The notes beneath the pieces were generated by a model. That model ran no database searches and was not told where the DNA came from. It saw only the letters and a list, made by a program, of their open reading frames with translations. Below are positions 59,622-64,000 of a stretch of 64,000 bases of DNA, piece after piece (position 1 is the stretch's first letter; each line of letters opens with the position of its first letter). Source of the stretch: an uncultured Chloroflexia bacterium. GTDB lineage: Bacteria > Chloroflexota > Chloroflexia > Thermomicrobiales > UBA6265. The position numbers were made by a program, and so were the translations under genes. Location: positions 259,765-323,764 of the forward strand of contig CAWDSC010000006.1 in assembly GCA_963804925.1 (NCBI GenBank). Direction: 5' to 3'.

Positions 59622-60410
59622 CTACCATTGCACGATGTCCATGTCGTAGACCGGGCCTTCGATGCACGAGGTCGTCATGCCCCGCTTCGTTTCGACGACA
59701 CAGCCCAGGCAAGCTCCGACTCCGCAGGCCATTGTTCGCTCCATCGATACCTGGATCTTCGGCTTGCCGCCGATCCGGTGCGGACTGATCGAGCTTCGCA
59801 ATGCCCGGAACATCGGCTCAGGCCCGCATGAGAACACCTGGTCGGCCCAGCGGGTGTAGTTCGGCACGAGATCGGTGACAAAGCCCTGATATCCCCGGCT
59901 GCCGTCATCCGTCGCCACGATGTATTCGACCGCTTCCGGCAACTGCGACGATGGTAGTAGCGCCGCCTCGTTCGCCGCGCCCATCAGATAGGTCACGTTC
60001 AATCCGTTCGCGATCGCTTCCTCCGCCAGCATGACCAGCGGCGCAGCGCCGACGCCTCCTGCGACCATCAGGAGGTTCGTCGTGGTCGAGTTGACGGAAT
60101 AGTTGTTTCCGAGCAATCCGAGCACGTCAATGTGCGTCCCGATCGGTTGCGCATCCAGCCAGCCGCTGCCCCGGCCATAGGGCCGAACCAGGATGGAGAT
60201 TTCATTGGACGCTTGATTCGCCCGCATTACCGAAAACGGGCGGCGAATCATCGGGTCGAACGTATTTGGCTCCCGGCAAAGAATGCTCAGGAAATGGCCG
60301 GCCTTTGCCTCGCGCGCGATCCCTTCCGGCACGGTGATCGTGATTAGCTTTGCGTCACCCATCACCGGCAGACTCGCCTGGATGACACTCGTGAAGATTC
60401 GCGGAGGCAT
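59622..60410 (-). CDS. pyrK: Dihydroorotate dehydrogenase electron-transfer subunit
   Basis: FAD/NAD ferredoxin-reductase fold (RRPFSV, MVAGGVGAAPL) plus a C-terminal 2Fe-2S motif (MACGVGACLGCV). Upstream of pyrD. Confidence 0.88.
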   Translation of the reverse strand: MPPRIFTSVIQASLPVMGDAKLITITVPEGIAREAKAGHFLSILCREPNTFDPMIRRPFSVMRANQASNEISILVRPYGRGSGWLDAQPIGTHIDVLGLLGNNYSVNSTTTNLLMVAGGVGAAPLVMLAEEAIANGLNVTYLMGAANEAALLPSSQLPEAVEYIVATDDGSRGYQGFVTDLVPNYTRWADQVFSCGPEPMFRALRSSISPHRIGGKPKIQVSMERTMACGVGACLGCVVETKRGMTTSCIEGPVYDMDIVQW

Positions 60411-60422
60411 AGCAGTCCCGGC

Positions 60423-63400
60423 CTAGTAGCCAAATCCCCGTCGCCGGTAGCTCGGCAACGGCTCAATCGTGTAGGAATTCGCGCGTTTCGTCATCGCGCC
60501 AAGCATCGCTCGCGCGGTATCGATCGAGGTGAAGCAAGGCACGCCGCGCTCCACCGCCGCCCGCCTGATCTCAAGACCATCGAGCACTTCTTTGTCGGCC
60601 GCGCCCGGCGTGTTGATGACCCCATCGACGGTGCCGTTGAGAATCACATCGAGCACGTCCGGCTTGCCGCGACCGATCCGCTTGGTCACCATCTGCACCG
60701 GCATATTCGATCGCTCGATCCAGGCGGCGGTTCCCTCGGTGGCGTACAGCTTGTATCCGAGGCGGACAAGCTGCTCCACCATCTCCACGGAATCGTTTTT
60801 GTCTTCATCGGCGAGCGAAAGCAAGATCGAGCCATGCGGCGGCAGCGCCAACCCCGCCGAAATCAGCGCCTTGTAAAACGCCGATTCGAAGGTGCGGTCG
60901 ATGCCCATCACTTCGCCGGTCGATTTCATTTCCGGGCCAAGATGCACTTCAACACCGCGAAGCTTCGCCATCGAGAATACCGGCGCTTTCACTGCCACCA
61001 ACGGCTGGCGTGGCCAGAGACCGCCTTCATATCCCTGTTCGGCCAGCGTCTTGCCGAGCATGATGTTCGTCGCCAGCTTCACCATCGGCACACCGGTGAC
61101 TTTGCTCAGGAACGGCACGGTGCGGGAAGAGCGCGGGTTCACTTCGAGTACGAAGATGCGGCCCTTGTGAATCACATACTGGATGTTGATCAAGCCCCGG
61201 GCGTTGATCGCCAGAGCGATGCGCGTGGTGTAGTCGACGATCGTCTCGACTTCCGCCGGGAAAAGATTGATGCCGGGATAGACCGCGAACGAGTCGCCGG
61301 AATGGACACCTGCTCGCTCGATATGCTCCATGATGCCCGGAATCAGCACCTTTTCGCCGTCGCAGATCGCATCGACCTCGACTTCTTTGCCGAGCAGATA
61401 CTTATCAACCAGTACCGGGTGATCCGGCGTCATGCTGGTGGCGTTGCGGATATAGCGTGCGAGATGATCTGCCCCGTAGACGACTTCCATCGCCCGTCCA
61501 CCCAGCACATAGGATGGGCGCACCAGCACCGGATAACCGATGCGCTCCGCCACCGCCTGCGCATCGGAGAGTGATGTCACCGCCGAACCGTGTGGCTGCG
61601 GAATACCGAGATTCCGCAGGAACGCTTCGAAGCGCTCGCGATCCTCGGCCATGTCGATCGATTCACGCCCACTGCCGAGAATTTTCACGCCAAGTTTGTC
61701 GAGCGGACCGGCAAGATTGATCGAGGTTTGACCACCAAACTGAACGACGACGGGCGGCATCTCGCGAGCCCCATCTTCGCCCTGCTCGTGGCGCAGAATC
61801 TCATACACGCTCTCGGCGTCTAGCGGCTCGAAGTAGAGGCGGTCGGAGGCGTCGAAATCGGTTGAGACCGTTTCGGGATTCGAGTTGACCATGATTGAGG
61901 CGACACCAGCAGCATGCAGCGCTTTGGCCGCCTGCACCGAGCAATAATCGAACTCGATCCCCTGCCCGATCCGGATCGGTCCTGAACCGACGACCAGTGC
62001 CCGATCGCCGGGAATCACCGGCGCCTCATCTTCCTCTTCATAGGTTGAATAGAAGTAGGGAGTCGATGAGGCGAATTCACCGGCGCAGGTATCGACCAGT
62101 TTGTAGACCGGCCGCATCCCCAGTTCGTCGCGCATTTCACGTATATCGAGCGCCGGACTCGCCGCGAAGCTTGGCGATCTGCTCATCCGAAAAGCCGAAC
62201 CGCTTGGCGTTCCAGAGCAGCTCAGGATCAAGCGGTTTCGCTTCGGCGAGCTGCCGCTCCATCTTGACGATGCCCATCAGCTTGTCGAGGAACCAGAGAT
62301 CGATCTTGCTTTTGGCGTGAATGTCGTCTGGCGTGCTGCCACGGCGCAGAGCGGCCATGATGGCGAACAACCGGATGTCGTTGGGACGCCGCACCAGATC
62401 GTCGAGCTTTGCGTCGGTCCAGTTAGCTTCTTCCCAGAGCAAATCTTTGGCATTGGTTTCGAGCGATCGCACCGCTTTTTGGAGGGAGCCTTCGAAGGAG
62501 CGATCGATCGCCATCACTTCGCCGGTCGCCTTCATCTGCGTGCCGATCGTCCGCTCGGCTTTCGTGAACTTATCGAAAGGCCAGCGCGGTATCTTGGTGA
62601 CGATGTAATCAAGCGCGGGTTCGAACGCGGCGGTCGTCTTTCCCGTAACCGGGTTGATCAACTCATCCAGCCGTTTGCCGATGGCGATTTTCGCCGCCAT
62701 CCGGGCGATCGGATAACCGGTCGCTTTCGACGCCAGCGCCGATGATCGGCTGACGCGCGGATTGACTTCGATCACGGCATATTCGAACGAATCCGGATCG
62801 AGCGCGTACTGGATATTGCAGCCGCCTTCGATGCCGAGCGCGCTGATGATCCGCAACGCCGAAGTGCGCAACATCTGATATTCGTGGTCCGAAAGGGTTT
62901 GCGAAGGCGCGACGACGATGCTGTCGCCGGTATGGACGCCGAGCGGATCGAAGTTCTCCATGTTGCAGATCGTGATGCAGGTGCCATTGCCATCCCGCAT
63001 CACTTCGTATTCGATTTCTTTCCAGCCGGTAAGCGACTTTTCCAGCAACACCTGTTTGATCGGACTCGCGTTGAGTCCCGTGGTGACGATCCGTTCCAGT
63101 TCGCCAGGCGTCGACGCGACGCCGCCGCCGGAACCACCCAGCGTGTAGGCCGGGCGAATGACGAGCGGGAGCGGAACGATCTCAGCAAATGCTCTGGCTT
63201 CATCAATCGAGTGAACGATCGCGCTTTCAACGACCGGTTCATCGAGGCTGACAAGCAGCTCTTTGAAGAGCTGGCGATCTTCCGCTTGCTGAATGGCATG
63301 GAGCGGCGTGCCGAGCAGCTTGACGTTGTACTCATCGAGAATGCCGAGCTCGGCGACCTGGACAGCGAGGTTCAGTCCGGTCTGCCCGCCGAGTGTCGGA

Positions 63401-63657
63401 AGTAGCCCATCCGGACGTTCGCGCTGAATGACCCGGCGGATGACATCGGGCGTCAATGGCTCGATGTAGACGGCGTCGGCGATGTCTTCATCGGTCATGA
63501 TCGTCGCCGGGTTCGAGTTGACGAGGATGGTGCGAATGCCTTCCTCGCGGAGCGCCTGGCACGCCTGCGTTCCGGCGTAATCGAACTCGGCCGCCTGGCC
63601 GATGATGATTGGTCCCGACCCTATGACCAGAACACTTTTGACCGGTGTTGCACTCAC
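60423..63657 (-). pseudogene. carB: Carbamoyl-phosphate synthase large subunit, interrupted once mid-gene
   Basis: ORF 62137..63657 ([24 protein letters not shown]... to ...[15 protein letters not shown]) and ORF 60423..62231 (...[26 protein letters not shown]...VVGSGPIRIGQGIEFDYCSV...) are colinear with CarB. They join across a +/-1 shift near 62150-62158. Confidence 0.92.
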
Positions 63658-64000
63658 CTATTGCGTCTCCATCGCCCGAGTCTCGCTTTGGGTCGAGATC
63701 ATCTGCAAGAACCGATCGAAAAGATACCCGTTGTCCAACGGACCGGGCGCTGCCTCCGGGTGGAACTGCACCGAGATGACGGGCCGTTCCGCATGCGCCA
63801 ACCCCTCGACGCTGCCGTCATTGAGATTGACCAGCGCGACTTCCCACTCGTCGCCTTTTGGCAACGAATCTTCGTCAACGCGGTAGCCATGATTCTGGGC
63901 GGTGATCGTCACCTTGCCGGTCCGCTCGTCGCGCACCGGGTGGTTGCCGCCACGATGTCCGAATTTGAGTTTTGACGTTTCGGCGCCGATCGCCCGGGCC
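63658..64000 (-). CDS. carA: Carbamoyl-phosphate synthase small (glutaminase) subunit, C-terminal part; 5' end is outside the window
   Basis: The frame is open to the window edge: ...[30 protein letters not shown]...[13 protein letters not shown]. The stop abuts the carB GTG start. Confidence 0.9.
   Translation of the reverse strand, partial: ARAIGAETSKLKFGHRGGNHPVRDERTGKVTITAQNHGYRVDEDSLPKGDEWEVALVNLNDGSVEGLAHAERPVISVQFHPEAAPGPLDNGYLFDRFLQMISTQSETRAMETQ

Overview
GC-rich bacterial chromosomal window, almost entirely core housekeeping genes on both strands. The synteny is Firmicute-like (recR ... tmk-darA, smpB-ssrA, carA-carB-pyrK-pyrD-pyrE, System II cytochrome c maturation). This suggests a Terrabacteria lineage, possibly Chloroflexota/Thermomicrobia-like, but the taxon is only a guess.

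Recognisable blocks, left to right:
- envelope genes (Wzy_C-like ligase, glycoside hydrolase)
- GAF-GAF histidine kinase
- glcD-glcE-glcF glycolate oxidase
- three small genes (EVE-like, OsmC, methyltransferase)
- tmRNA with smpB
- aroC, a GNAT gene and a peptide-type SBP
- a PP2C/P-loop fusion, then trmD and recO
- ccdA-resB-ccsA-resA
- NrtR-like regulator with nadK, then ftsK
- recR, an R3H-AAA ATPase, tmk and darA
- ligA, DnaQ-GIY-YIG nuclease, UDG and RNase J
- EfeO-like protein plus an oversized FTR1 iron permease
- LEA-like 11-mer repeat protein
- mnmG, USP and two TrkA/RCK genes
- gdh and gatB
- an isolated nuoG-nuoI pair
- the pyrimidine operon

I saw no rRNA, tRNA, CRISPR array, transposase, integrase or recognisable defence system.

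The most unusual property is the pattern of +/-1 frame breaks. About 17 are packed into glcE and into three genes between glcD and ssrA, while glcD between them is intact. Five isolated breaks hit carB, pyrE, the SBP, the hydrolase and the ligase. As far as I can trace by eye all are indel-type with no nonsense codons. Assembly or polishing error is therefore a serious alternative to real gene decay.

Other observations worth a second look are a SpoIIE-type phosphatase fused to a P-loop domain, the FTR1 permease with a ~500 aa N-terminal extension and a 19-bp palindrome upstream of its operon, the membrane-anchored LEA-like protein, Cheo-box-like sites upstream of repair genes, and a structured leader upstream of a zinc-ribbon gene. 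Start codons are approximate in several genes. No database search was possible, so all family calls rest on motifs read from the translations.
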